A DNA stretch of 64,000 nt. It comes from the human T2T-CHM13v2.0 reference genome, Homo sapiens. The DNA lies in the NCBI RefSeq assembly GCF_009914755.1, contig NC_060934.1. The stretch is one strand, 5' to 3'. Positions 30,412 to 46,036 of this stretch are shown here, piece by piece (the first letter of the stretch is position 1; the number at the start of each line of letters is the position of its first letter). A program made the position numbers and the translations under genes. Below the pieces are notes generated by a model. That model had not been told where the DNA came from and searched no databases. It saw only the letters and a program-made list of their open reading frames with translations.

Positions 30412-33059
30412 ACGTGCGCGCGTTACATCTGTGAGGTATCTTGGAATAACAAGAGCCTAAATTGTTACCACATAAACTATTAAAATGTAACTGCACAGTG
30501 GTCTCAGTAGAACATTTTCATAAATGGGGATTATCTATAAATCTGCTTTGGCCGGCTACTAAGCCAGAATTTAGTAAGAGTATTACATATTGGCAGAGAT
30601 TTCCCAATGCCCAGTTTCAAGCTTTCCTTAAATTGGTTATAGCTCATTTATGCTTCATATCACTTTCTATAAAGTGATTCGCAGCCAAAGCCTGCCTTTG
30701 GTCATTTTAAGGGGGGTGGGGGTGGGGAGAAAGAGAAAACGGGCAGAGAAAATGTCTCTCCCTTCCTGGGAGGCTGTGGGGTCCAAGGCCTTTTCTCTGG
30801 CATGCATGGGAGTGTGTAAGTCCTCTCTGTTATAGGGTATTGCTACAAAGAGAATCCACAGATTGTTTCCAAGGATAAAGATTTAGTGGATCATTGACTC
30901 TAATAAGGCGTCAAGCCCAACTTCAGCGCATTCTGATTCTCAAAGACAAACTCATGAATAGTTCATCAGCTTAAGGAGAAAGACTACTTTAGAATTCCCT
31001 TCATGTATACCAGTCTTAAGACGTTTTCAAAGGATTCGGTAGTCATGCCCCAAATTTCCAAACCCATGGCTGTGCCTTGACATGGTGAGGTTTAAGAAAG
31101 GGAAGTTCAAGTTCTTTTTTTTTTCATTAGCATCAGGTCTGGTTCTTAGACTAAGCAAGTGTGGAGTCAGCTCCAAGAGGGGCCTGAGAAGTATCTGTTC
31201 AAGCTCCAACCCCAGGTAAAAGTGTACTTAAACTATCTTAGATATTAGGATATTTAAGACTTCTAGGGAAGAGCATAGGTCATTTTTAAATGCTAAAACA
31301 CAAGAAGTACGAAGAATTCTGACTTGACTAGAACCAACCAGTGTGAGGCATATTTTAAAGCAGTTACTAAAATAAAGTTTATTGATAAAGACTTGAGGTT
31401 AGGATACAAAACCCATAATAGTTGCTGGGCATCATTCCATATCCTAAAGTGAAACATGGGCACCCACAGGGATCTTGCCATGGCTCATGAGGGGATAGGT
31501 CACCAGTGGGCAGGATGCAAATGAAGAGGGCAAGGCGAAGACCTCAAACAGTGGAATCTGGAGGGGATGTTCTGAAAGCCACAGTTTGCAGAGGCTTGAC
31601 ATAACGAGTAAGGATGAAGGAAACGGGAAATGGAGATGGTTTGGGGATGGGCAAACACAGGAGACTGACAGAAAATACAAGAAGTCATTCATTCAACAAA
31701 AATCTACTCAGACCCTTGGTGAGAAAGGCTGGGCACCATGATAGGCACAAAAACTAAAGCAGTCTCTCTAAAATTCAGTGCAATGCCAAAGCAGAAAAGG
31801 TTAAGAAACTGTATCCCTACCTTCCAAAGGAAGTTATGTAAGATATTTTCATCAACAAAGACAACTTCAATAGAGAAAATCATAACAAAAAATTTGAAAT
31901 TTGATGATATATCTTGTTTTATGTGGAGAAGACTACAGTGCAAGGACAGAGTAGCGAAGTGGGAGTATGGATCAAATTACTTGTTAATACATTTCACCAG
32001 GTGAATTCCCAAGACAAATAGGCAACAGATCAGGTTTATCCTGAAACCTCTAATACAAGGCAGTCATCATTCTTACCCTAAAGAACTGGATCCTTTGAAA
32101 AATCACCAAGTCAAACTCAGATCTTTAAACCTCAATCTCAAGTGCAAGAAAGACTACAATCCTTCTTGATGACAATCTCAGAATCTGACAACCATGCAAG
32201 AAGAATCTGTTGAGTATCTGCTGTGTAAAAAACAGTAAGATATAATTAGAGAAGGAGAAGGGAAAACTACATACAAATCAGTATAGCAAAGGCCAAGTGT
32301 TGGGAAAACTTTGGGAGTTCAACTGATTTAGGCACAAGTCCTCTTCCTAGGACAGACTTTGTAGCATTGTTTCACGACGTTCATTTTATCACCCAAGTTA
32401 TATAAACGATATTGAATTAACAGGAGTAGTACCAGCTCATCATCAGCTGATTGTCAAAGTTTTGTGGAATACGCTTATCAATAAATAAATCCTAAACTAT
32501 GAGTTATTCTCACAAATGTCTGCTGGCAATGATGATACCAAAATTGACCCTGAGAAACAAATTAATGCACAGTCCACATGCTGGAAGCACAAACAATAAA
32601 CAACTATAAATCCCAGCACCAAATTTTTCCCTGGAGGCGGATGCCAGGTATGATTTAAGAGTCTGAAGGAGGAGAGAGAACCACATATTTCTCTCTCTCC
32701 ACACCAATGTAATGAAGCCTGAGGCTAAAGACGTCCACAGCAACTGCTGAATTATAATCTGTGGAAGCAGGGTTACAAGAGATAACCTTTCAGGGCAATA
32801 TTTTCCTAAAAGCTGAGAACTTGTTTTGTTGTTTTTGTTACATCCCCCAAGGGGTTTCATAATCCTAATACTCATTTCTTATAATGAGAACGGCCTGCTA
32901 CTGTGATTCATTATGTTTCAGTTTTCTTCTACTTTAAAAAAAAAAAAATTCAGCCCTGCCCAGTCCTAAAGAACATGAAAACAACCTCTCCCGAAACTTA
33001 CAGGGAGCCTGGAAGGCATCATTAATACACTTTCAGGCATACAGAATGGTGTATTGTAG

Positions 33060-33270
33060 ACCAGCACTGTCAATGGAAATAGAATGTGATATACAAATAA
33101 TGTAATTTAAATTTGTCTAGTAACTACATTAGAAAGGTAAAAAGAAACAGGTAAAATTAATTTTAAGATTTTTAAGATTTTTATTTAACCTAATATATCA
33201 AAAATACTGTCATTTCAAACGTGGTCAATGACCACATGTGATGAGTGACTACCATACATACAGTGCAATT
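33060..33270. mobile_element. MER33/MER3-like hAT remnant
   Basis: cagcactgtc...taatttaaatt...aaaaagaaacaggt...ccacatgtg...tgactaccata. Confidence 0.7.
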
Positions 33271-33302
33271 AGAGACCATCATATCCCAAAGTTCTCCAGT
33301 AA

Positions 33303-33674
<372 letters not shown>

Positions 33675-33680
33675 TAGTCA

Positions 33681-34019
<339 letters not shown>

Positions 34020-34889
34020 CCTAATTACCAACAGTTTTCAATTTTGTACTAAGCCTTTATGCTAACCGCTGTTTTTCAAAGCCTGTCCTGGTGGCAGGTC
34101 TTTTATTTGTTTACATGTGGTGCTGCAGACAAAACAGGTGCAACTCAACGGTCTTGATGATGGAAAACCTTGTTAAAACCAACCTTAGTCACTAAGGAGA
34201 AGAGCGTTTAAAAAAGGAGCCCCCATGAGAATGATGGCAAGCGTGAAATGCATGCCGAGCTACCTCCAGACAAAGTGATCCAGCTTCTGGTACATTCTGA
34301 AACAAAACGACCTCAACAGGCACCATTCCAAGGCTGTAATTATGATGGCAACATAGCTACACCCTCTGAAGGCCATTATGAATCTCTTGGTCTAAGAAAA
34401 ACAGCCGCTGTTTCCCTGAAAGAGCTTCCTCCAGTCCTCTCCAGGCTCCTTCTGCCACAGAAAAAGGAGTGTCCCAGTTCCCTCCTCCCTGCTTGGCAAG
34501 GAGCATGGAGGAAGGGACAGGGACCCTCCTTCCCTGGGACCCCAAAACTACATGGGGATGGTAACTGGAGGTAGACATGACACCCATTAAAGTAAGTTGT
34601 GTATTTCTGGCAAAAGAAAGGAGCAAGAGGGGGTACAGGGGAAAACATGGGGAGAATAAGAAGACAACAAAAGGAAAGCAAATGAACTGAGTACTTTTTA
34701 AAGGAGCTGCTATTCTCCATCTATATTTGGGGGATAAAAGCAAAGTTAAGAAAGAGGAAAGAAGAGCAGAGAAAATAACCAACTGACTAATAAAATCTAC
34801 ATATCCTAAAAGTCAATTCTAGGTGATAAAATCTGGGGTCAGTTTTTTAATGCTTGATAAACTTTGCACAAAGCTGATCATACTTAATG

Positions 34890-36040
34890 TTCAGGGACCA
34901 CCTTCAAAGTCCTCATCTTTATCCACATGGCCACAGGTTTGTAAAATCTGTACCAAAAAGTGATATTTTAATCACCATCTTTTAAGATTACCATGTCTTT
35001 CCATTTTGACCTCCCCTCTTCCAGGTCAGCATTGGAATGGCACTGGTATTGGTACTTTTCGAGAAGTATTTTTTAAGAACTTGGCTAAGGGGAAGTTGAT
35101 TAGGGCTATATTTAGTTTTAGGTTTCATGGACCACATGTATGGCTGTATGGTCACTTCCCTGCATAGTTAAGTTACTGCTAGCTATTACTGCAAATTGTG
35201 GAAATGATTTCTAGAAACTTTTACTGTTTACTATGGTGACTCATCTAGAGTCATGATATGGAAATGCAAGACCAGAAGCCATGCCGTGATAGGAATGTGT
35301 TCCTTAGCACCCAACACTGGAGTTAGATGGGAATGCGTTCCTTAGCACCCAACACTGGAGTTTGTTACGTAGTGGAAGAGAAACAAGGTTTGAATCGTAT
35401 AAAGCAGAAAGCTGGTTTATAGAAAAATCTTCCAGCCATCAGACCTGTAATATTAGGAGCAGAGAATCTTGTTTTCATCAACATAGAGTCAAAACAGAAG
35501 TTCTCTCCTGTCATAAATATGCTTAAAACAGTTATAATTATAAATGCACCATATACATTTTTAATGGCCACTATGTGAAATGGAGATGATCAAAATTCCT
35601 ATATTTATTGATCTAAAACTGTAGCAGTGAGTACATTTGTGTATGAGATTGTTTTATGTAAACCAGCTACCAAAAATAAAAGATAAATTTCAATAAACTA
35701 TGCTAGAGGAAAGGCGAAAGGTTCTTTTCTCTACATAGAAAAAACTACAAAGTTATTGTCATATGAAAAGGCAATCAAGGAATATGCTGTCAAAAATGTA
35801 GCAGGGAAAATATTATACAGGTACGTCAGAACATGTTTATTAATCAGCTGCTTGTTAGTTTTCTGTATTTTATGATATTTAGGAATTACCACTTTTGAAA
35901 TGTTGTCATTTGTTGTGACTTTTTTCCCTTCCTAAATATTCACTTTGATGTTTAACTTTGTGTTCATAATTTTTTATGCTTTTTCTAAACAGGGTTCTCA
36001 AACTTACATAAGCCTCAGGGTCCATAAAACCTTGACTTTC
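34890..36040 (+). mobile_element. Old hAT-Tip100 (Zaphod-like) DNA transposon remnant
   Basis: atgctagaggaaag...ttgtcatatgaaaaggcaatcaaggaatatgc resembles the remembered Zaphod consensus. Confidence 0.55.
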
Positions 36041-36298
36041 CCCTAATCTGTGATAATAACTACATATACCACCACTCCCACCATGTGCACACATGTGTAC
36101 ACACACATATTTACTTGGGCAAGAGTTGTCATGCAACTAAAATCTCCTATTCTTTGAAGTAAATGGTTACTCAGGTCCAAGATTTCCACTGGACTTGCTA
36201 TCCACTTCTTTTACAGCTCAACTGCCCAACAGATCCAGAGTTAGAGTGACTCAGTAGGGCTTTGGCAACTATCAGAATTGTATTACAATGCAATCTTT

Positions 36299-36882
36299 AC
36301 CAGCCTCGGCAACATGGTGAAATCCCATTGTATTAATCTGTTCTCACACTGCTAATAAAGACATACCCAAAATTGGGTAATTTTAAAGGAAAGAGGTTTA
36401 ATTGACTCACAGTTCGATAGGGCTAGGGAAGCCTCACAATCATGGCAGAAAAGCAAGGGATATCTTACATGGTGGCAGGCAAGACAGAATGAGAGACAAG
36501 CAAAAGGGGAAACCCCTTATAAAACCATCAGATCTCATGAGACTTATTCACTACCACGAGAACAGTATGGGAGAAACCATCCCCATATTAAATTATCTCC
36601 CACCAGGTTCCTCCCACAACATGTGCAAATTATGGGAGCTACAATTCAAGATGAGATTTGGGTGGGAACGCAGCCAAACCATATCACCCATCTCTACTAA
36701 AAACATAAAAATTAAACAGGCTTAGTGGCTTGCACTTGTAGTCCCAGCTACTTGGGAGCTGGGGTGGGAGGATTGCTTGAGCACAGGAGGTCAAGGCTGC
36801 AATGAGCCATGATGGTGCCACTGCACTCCAGCCTGGGCGACAGAGCCCACTGTGTCTCAAAAAATAAATAAAAATAAAATAA
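36299..36882 (+). mobile_element. 5'-truncated AluJ interrupted by THE1
   Basis: ccagcctcggcaacatggtgaaatcccat|THE1|cccatctctactaaaa... Confidence 0.9.
36329..36686 (-). mobile_element. THE1 solo LTR nested in an Alu
   Basis: tgtattaatctg...ccaaaccatatca with TSD cccat. Confidence 0.95.
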
Positions 36883-37589
36883 AGCAATCTTCACAGAACA
36901 CATATTTTGGCTTTCCAGAAAGAAACACAAAGGACCATATTTGCACACTAAGTATTTGTGTTCCATTCAATCAGTAGAAAAGGCAAGGCTTTGGAGCATT
37001 TGCTTATCCCTCACGCATTCCAAAATCCCAAAGACATCTGATGGGTTCCACTCAAAGATGACCTATAAGCTCATGCCGGTTTATATGTGGGCCTAAGAAG
37101 GCCACTCCATGACTAGGACAATGTTCAGGATATTCCTACTCTTTTGAAGAATCTGTTGTCCCTGTAAGTCTTCTGTTTCTGTCTGAAGATCTATGTTTTC
37201 CCCTATCAATCACAAGAACAAAAGTAGCAAAAGTCATCTTATTTCTGGTTGTTACACGTAAGGAACGGAATGGCTTCTGCTTTCCAGGCTCCCATTAGAA
37301 ATTGTGTTTCACTAGGGGTTTGCATCATTTTCTTTTGCCATTTGTCTGCAGTCATCCCACTTCAACTTACCAAGAGCCCTCCTATTGCTATACAATGGCT
37401 TTTATAGGGTACTGGGTATGTCTCAGAGCCTCTTCATCCATAACCTTCCCTTGTCTTTTGATGTTCAGTTTCCATGGTGACAGTGTTAAGACCATTGAGA
37501 AGCCAACTGTAAAGCTTATGATAGACCCAAATCTCACAGTCACAGACACCACTCTAACACCAGGCGTGCCAGCCCCCACGCTAAACCTG

Positions 37590-38466
<877 letters not shown>

Positions 38467-38979
38467 CTATAATTAAAAGCCATAGTAGTTCCTTCATAAG
38501 ACCTGAAAATTACAATATAGAGATAAAAGATGGTTTTCAAGCCAACATAATAAATGCATAAGAAGAAATTTAGGAACAAAAAAGACAACAGCCTATTATG
38601 GGCTACCCTCAGTTACATTAGCTGTATTTATCCAAGGTCACCTCCTATTTACCCAGCTCCCCGAAGCCATGCTGGCTTTCTTGGTTTGGTTTTCCTCTTC
38701 GTTGTCACCATATTGTGAGACATGCCTGCTAAGTGGATGGAAGAATTAGATGACAGTCTGAGGCTACTAGTGAAAACTTTCAGTGGTATATAGAACAACT
38801 CTGGTACAAAATGATCTATGACATGGGAATATTTGGAGTTTCTTCAAGTAATGTTGAACCTGCTCAGCAAAACTGTCAATGATTTTCTATAATTACTTCT
38901 TATTGATTACAAATAAAACCGTAGGGCAATGGATTGCCCCGACTTAGAGCTCCATCCATTAATGAAACACGCATCTTCA

Positions 38980-39135
38980 TGGCCAGGCACAGTGGCTCAC
39001 ACATGTAGTCCTAGCTACTCAGGAGGACAAGATGGGAGGATCCCTTGAGCCCAGGAGTTCAAAGTTGCAGTAGCTATGATCATACTACTATACTCCAGCC
39101 TGACAGACAGAGCAAGACCCTGTCTCTTAAAAAAA
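38980..39135 (+). mobile_element. FRAM/Alu monomer
   Basis: Single right-type monomer. Confidence 0.8.
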
Positions 39136-40269
39136 GGAAAGAATATACATATTCTTGCCCGGTTATTTCTATAACATAGCTGGGCAGAATATGTTGATAC
39201 GTGGTTCATGATTTAACAAGGAAGAGAGGAGCAGCTAAAGAGACATTATCCTGGTATGAGAAAATGCCTGGGAAGAAGGAATTCAATTGCTACTGTATTG
39301 TCCTCTTCCTAGAGCACATGGGTTATTTACCAAGGAAGCAGAAGAGCAGGAGGGAGGTCTTTGCTCTGGAACCAGGATAAATGGAATGGCAAAGATCCCA
39401 CTTCTCATAAAATCCTTGCATTTAAGGGGAGCTATGTCCCTAAGAGACAGTGGAGCTGGGGTGGCAAATAGCATAGTTTTTAAGTTCACAGTAGTAAGAT
39501 CCAACAATAAACTATACAACCCAGAGAAATCAAAACCAAGTGCAAGATGAAGAGAAAGGGAAAATCAAAAACAGGGATAGTCCGGAAGCTATCCCTCAGT
39601 GTTTTTCTTACCCAGTGAAGGGAATAAAAAGGCTTCTAACCTACCATTTCCTACCACTGGTATTTACTTAGAGAAAGCATAACATTTTCATTTGTGTTGG
39701 TCTTTTTTTAGTAGCACTAAAGAACTTTCAGGGAGTTACGGGCTGCTCCCCATTTCAATCAGCCAATTTCATTCAGTAGGATTGTTTCCCATCAGGAGGC
39801 AGCCTTAAAGAACACTTCACTCCTTTCGGTTACAGAATAATAAAAACAGTGAGGAATTCACATACATCTTTCTCTAAATGCAAACAATAGTAAGAGCTAA
39901 ATATCACAGTTGTAGAGAACATCGTGCCTCCTCACTCAAAAAATTTACACAACAGATTGAATGGCAACGAAGAGGGAACCAAGTGAGACAAAAACGGGAA
40001 GCTGACTCCAACCCTGTCTGTGTTAACTGCATTCTGTACTGGGAAGGTGTTGAATTCACAGGGTCTACACACCAACCTGGACTTGAAAAATCATCTCCCA
40101 GAAATACCTAGAGAGAAACAGCCATGAAAATAATCAGTCCTCCCAAATATTTTACTTTGTAGAACATCCTTCCCAAAAGAACACTGTCTGAAGTGGCCCT
40201 TCTATGTTGTTTAGCCTGGAATTGAATGCCTTCTCTTCCTGTTTATTAATCGCAAGGCTGGAGCTGGTT

Positions 40270-40460
40270 TTTTAATTAACTTCATTTAGGTCATGAAATC
40301 ATCCATTGGGGACCTCAGACTGAACATCTCATTTTACAGATGAGAAAACTAAAGTTCACAGAGGTTAAGTGACCTGCTGCAGATCAGGCAGCTAATCAAA
40401 TTGAGAGCAGAGCACAGGTCTATGGACATGGAGTGTAGAGCTTTTTCAGCCATGGCACTC
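40270..40460 (-). mobile_element. MIR
   Basis: ctcattttacagatgagaaaactaaagttcacagaggttaagtgac core. Confidence 0.8.
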
Positions 40461-41723
40461 CTGGGTCACCAGCCAAACACAGCCATTTAAAAAGAGGCTG
40501 TCAACAAGCAGCGCTGAAAGAAGCCAGTGATCCTGACATCTTAAGTTGAAAGCCGCACTTGAGAAAGATTTGGGAACTCTGGGCATGTGATGCCATTGTG
40601 ACTGAGGTTACCAACAGATTCCCACATCAGAGCTGGATGTGTCCAATATCCATGTGCTACCAATGCTGTGCTATTCTTCAGCCTGTAACCGGAGCAGGCA
40701 AACTCCACAGAGGAATGCAAAATGCCGTTTGTTTACCTTGGGATGATACATACACTCAGAAGGGTTGGTTTGGCTTGGTTTCAAGCAGGCTGCACGGAAG
40801 TCAATAGCAGATTATGGTATATAAACTACAGATTCAGAAAACTAAGAGAAAGCCTTTAGAAGACAATTATGCAGTTGCTGTAACAAGAAGTAAAGAAATT
40901 GACCCTACATATATTCTTATAATATATCTAGACGAGGGATTGTTATTTTTTTAAAAAATCAACTTCTGATTATCCCTCTCTGTCTCCCTTCTTCTCTCCC
41001 TTGTCCCATTCCATCTCCCTATTATGCCATGAAGGCAAGAGTGACTCCAATGTCAACTTCTAAGCACTCTCAAAGGAAGAAGGAGAGAAGGAAAGAAAAA
41101 TAAAAGGAAGAAAAGTAAAACCCCCAAATCAAAGCAGAAAGTACATCTAAAATTTCAATAGGCTGAAAAGTTACTCATTTTTAATATAATATTATCCTTA
41201 ATAAACTCACTAACTTTCATGTAAGTACAGAGTTTCTTCTTTGATGCAGGGAAAAAAGGCAAAAAGATTTCCCAGACAGGCTAAGGGCCAAAGGAATTAA
41301 AAGAGCGAGCCAAGAATGAAAATTCCAGTCATCTTAGTTGCTCTGCTTAGAGAATGTTACCCTTTCCTCCTAATTAGCTAGCCAAACACCATTAATTTTT
41401 ACAAACACACCAAAGATCAGTATCCGAGCCCCTTCCTTCAATTCTTTCCAAGTAAAATCAGTTGCTAGAAAAGAACAAGCCTGGAAGTTTGGGAATCTCC
41501 TGCTCTTTCCTTAGTAAGAACCCATTTAGTGAAACCAAACAAAAACAAATTACACTTCTTAAAAGACACGTATTTCCTAAAAATGCCTCCTCCCTGATAA
41601 GCGATCCAGGCTAACGTTGCAGCTCAGATTACCCTCCCTTGGCACAGTGGGTAAAACTGCCTGGCTGCTCACACACAAAGTCAGGTCGCCAAGGAAAAGA
41701 AGGTGCAGAGGGAACCAGCAAGC

Positions 41724-41738
41724 AGTTCAAAGAGGTCA
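41724..41738 (+). promoter_or_regulatory. Candidate DR3 nuclear receptor element
   Basis: AGTTCAaagAGGTCA matches RGKTCA-N3-RGKTCA in non-repeat DNA; function untested. Confidence 0.35.
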
Positions 41739-42486
41739 ACAACGTTCTTCCTGACCTCAGCCCTCACCGTGACTTTTCCTTTTCATAAGAAACATACAGC
41801 AATATACTTAATACATAGAGCGTTTGGCTATTGAAAGTTAAAAATTGAAGTACATATATCTAAAAAAAAATTTCTTCTGAACACTGATTTTTCATTTGCA
41901 ATCAAAGATTATACTTCCATTTGCAAGAATTATTTCATTTGCATAAGGAAAATGTTACTAGAAGTATACACAGAAATAAACCTAAAAAACATCAACATGT
42001 TATACACTGCCCTAGACATTTGTCCTAAGAGTTAGGGACACAGGTCAGCACAATCAGATTCCACTAGGCCATCGTAGGGATCCAGGTCGCAGAAATTCTG
42101 TCTGTCTCTACCTTCTCCCGCTATTTGCTAACCCAAACAATCAAGTGTTTCCACAAAATGGTATTGTGAGAATAGGGAAGGAAATCTCTCTGGCACTCTG
42201 AGAAACACACTTTCCACCCATCCCAAGAGCTGACATTATATGTCTCAGACAATGATCTGGAGTCCTCCAGGCCAGGGAAGTAACTATCCAATAAGAAGTG
42301 GAGAAAATACAGAAGCTTTTGTCATCATCTGGCATGTTCCTCCATATAAGGAAAATTCTATCTTTTGCGGCCAGTGTTTCTGCAGCTCTGGTTGCCACTC
42401 TTCTGCTATATTAGCTAAGTAAGGTAGGTAGATGCATGAGAGGTATAAGAGTTTTTCACAGTTAGTGTTCTCAAATTGGTAGAGAG

Positions 42487-42488
<2 letters not shown>

Positions 42489-42523
<35 letters not shown>
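42489..42523. repeat. (CA)n microsatellite
   Basis: Directly visible. Confidence 0.98.
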
Positions 42524-42526
<3 letters not shown>

Positions 42527-43471
42527 CTCCCCACAGCCTCAAAGAGAAAAAAAAGAAAACGAGTGTTAAGGTAGAACTTTTCCTCTGATTTGTCTTATGT
42601 GGGGACCACTATCTCCTGAACTTACAACGGATGTTTTCTTAAGGGTAGTAAGTTTTCTTCCACTTGATATACTTCATCTGAACACACATGCTAACTGTTA
42701 AGATCAGTACACTTTTCAAGTTAGAATCGTCTGGTCTAAATAATACCACCAAAGATTTGGGAATCTGAGGCAAAAGTGAGTCCTTTAAAACTCCAAGAAC
42801 AAACAACACTCTACTTGAGAGGTTTCGTGCAGGTCTTCAATATTGAGTTCATGCTAGCTGCTTCTGCAGATGCCAATTATGTATAAATTTTACTATAATT
42901 GCTTGCACTGCCTGGAACTGTTAAAAAAAAAAAAAAAAAAGCAGAAGAGCAGGAAAACACAGGAGAAACAGTTAGCTCCATTAATGAGAGCTGCCACATG
43001 AACACAGAGCTGACATGGAACTTATATTTACCATAAAGTCAAGTGTACATGTGTGCCAAATTTCTGCTCAGATCACTGCCCTAAGTCCATCCCACTGATG
43101 CCAAAGCATCATGGTATCTCATTCATTCATTCATTCATTCATTCATTCAACCAATGTCTACTGAGCCCCTAGTACTGCCTGGGGCTGGGGAACCTACAGC
43201 AAATAAGACAGGCCTCCTCTGTGAATGATTCACCAGTGAAGTAATTTTACCATTATCATTTTTTAGGAGCAAGTGAACTGCTCTGTGCTGATGTCTTTGC
43301 TTCTACTCGTGGGAAGAAATTCTGAGAATCTTACAGCTGGACGGAAAGTCTATGGTCTTAGGAAATATTTCAGCATTATAATAAATTACTTGTGGTCATT
43401 CCTGTCTATCACCCAAATACAAAAACAATAAGACTGAAATCATGTAGGGAGAACACTGGACTAACCTGTCA

Positions 43472-43995
<524 letters not shown>

Positions 43996-44272
43996 AGGAG
44001 AGGAGAGAAGGGGGGGAAGGGGAGGGGAGGGGAGGGGGAAAGAGAGAAAGAAGGGAAAGAGAAAGAAAGAAAGAAAGGAAGGAAGGAAGGAAGGAAGGAA
44101 GGAAGGAAGGAAGGAAGGAGAAAGAGAAAGAGAAAGAAAGAAAGAAAGAAAGGAAGAAAGGAAGGAAGGAAGGAAGGAAGGAAGGAAGGAAGGAAGGAAG
44201 GAAGGAAGGAAAAGAAAAAGAAAGAAAAAGAAAGAAAAGAAAGAAAAGAGAAAAAAAGAAAAAGAAAGAAAG
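43996..44272. repeat. Polypurine tract with (GGAA)10 and (GGAA)13
   Basis: About 275 nt of pure purine; GGAA runs at 44077-44116 and 44160-44211. Confidence 0.97.
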
Positions 44273-46036
44273 GCAGGCACTAATGCCTCTTTAAGCTAGG
44301 ATTCTGTAATATTAAAAATGGCAGGTAACTAACTAGATGGTGGAAAAATAAGTATGTAGAGTGTCCCTTCAAATAAAACTTCCAAACTATCAGCAGCCAG
44401 CCCCAAAGAGTTAAGTGATTTACTGCTCTCTCCATAGCCCACCCACCCCCACACACACGTTTTCTCTACTGTATAGTAGTAAGCCCAATACATAAACACC
44501 TTCCTAATCACCTGCTGTATATTCTGAAAAGAATCATATGTGGTTCCATTTTGTTCAAAAATTTTCCTTCTCCAAAAACTATTGGTAATGAGGACAAAGA
44601 ATAGAGCATTCTCTCCTGATTCAGGCGGGGTGATTAATTACCTCTGTAGAACAGCAATGCAGCAGCTGTGTCTGCCAAGTGTCCCTGGGACCCATAATTA
44701 ACCCAGAAGGTCTTCCGGGGGGAATCAGACTAGAAGCCAAAGGAATATAATTAAATCCCTTGCAGTTTTAAAGGTGCTCAAGTCCTAGATTCTTAAACAA
44801 ATTCATTTTTTGCATTGAACCAACAATGCTCCCATTTTTGCCCAAGACCTTCCAAATAATCTGGCTTCGTATCACTCAATATTAATTTAATATAAATTCC
44901 ACAACAACAACAAAAAGCAAGGTGCAGAAGAGTATGTATGGTTGCTTTCATGTATGAAATGAATAAGATAAATATGCGTATACATGTGGGAAAAGTTACT
45001 AGAAGGTTTCCGAAACCAAAGAAACTATTAACAGTGGCTACCTCCAGGAGTATAAGTGGGGCCTATAGTCAGAGGATGCCCTCATTGAAGAGTCTTTTAT
45101 GCAGTTTGATTTTTGTTCATGTATGTACGTTATTATATAATAATGACCAACCGTCATAGGGTAAACCTGGCAAGAATGGCCTGGGTTACAGTGAAAAGTA
45201 GGGAGGATAATGTGAAGCCAATGGATTAAAAACAAAACCAAACAAAAAAAACACCATTGATCTCTCTGCCTTAAATGATAAAATTAATATTGGCTATAGT
45301 TTCATAAGAGTCTGAAAATTAAATATCTAAGATTTCTCTGTAAAATGTGAAATAAGCATTTTTTGACTGCCTGCTGTGGCCAAGATACTGTCCTAGTCCT
45401 AGGCAGTTTACACAGATGATCTCAGCTGAATTTTGAACAGCCCTGAGAAGGAGGATCTCTATTCACCTACGAACTGAAGGACCTTGTCCAGGGTTACTTA
45501 GTTGTTTAAACAGCCACACAAAGGCTTGGGCTGGATGCCAAATCCTATCCTTACACTTCACCACATTTCCAGAGTGCTAGGTGAAAGTACGCTATCAAGG
45601 TCACTGACCTCACCCTCTTCAGAATATTTGGGAAAGATTCGTGACCTTTGGATGGCTGGTGTCAGGCATACACTATACAGTTCTAGATATTGCAGTTATA
45701 AGGGCATCTCTCTCTGTGCCCAGGTTTAGATGTCACACGGCTGACCTTAGGAAACAGAAAGGCTGATGTCTGTGCTTTGCTGGATGATCCCAGCAGCTTT
45801 GTGCTGGGTGTTCTGGCTGAAGTCAGGCTCCCTGCTTTAGCATTCTGGTGGCCTCTGTGAAAAATCCCGTCTTCCCAGGGCTAATTAAACATTTTCAGAA
45901 TCCCCTCTCTTTAATCAAATATGCCTGCCTTTTCCTCCATTCCTTCAGAATAATTCTCAATAATTTATCTTATAAAACTAAGCCATGAAGAAGTGTCTAT
46001 GAGCATAAACAATCCAATTAACCTTTCTTAAGAAAA

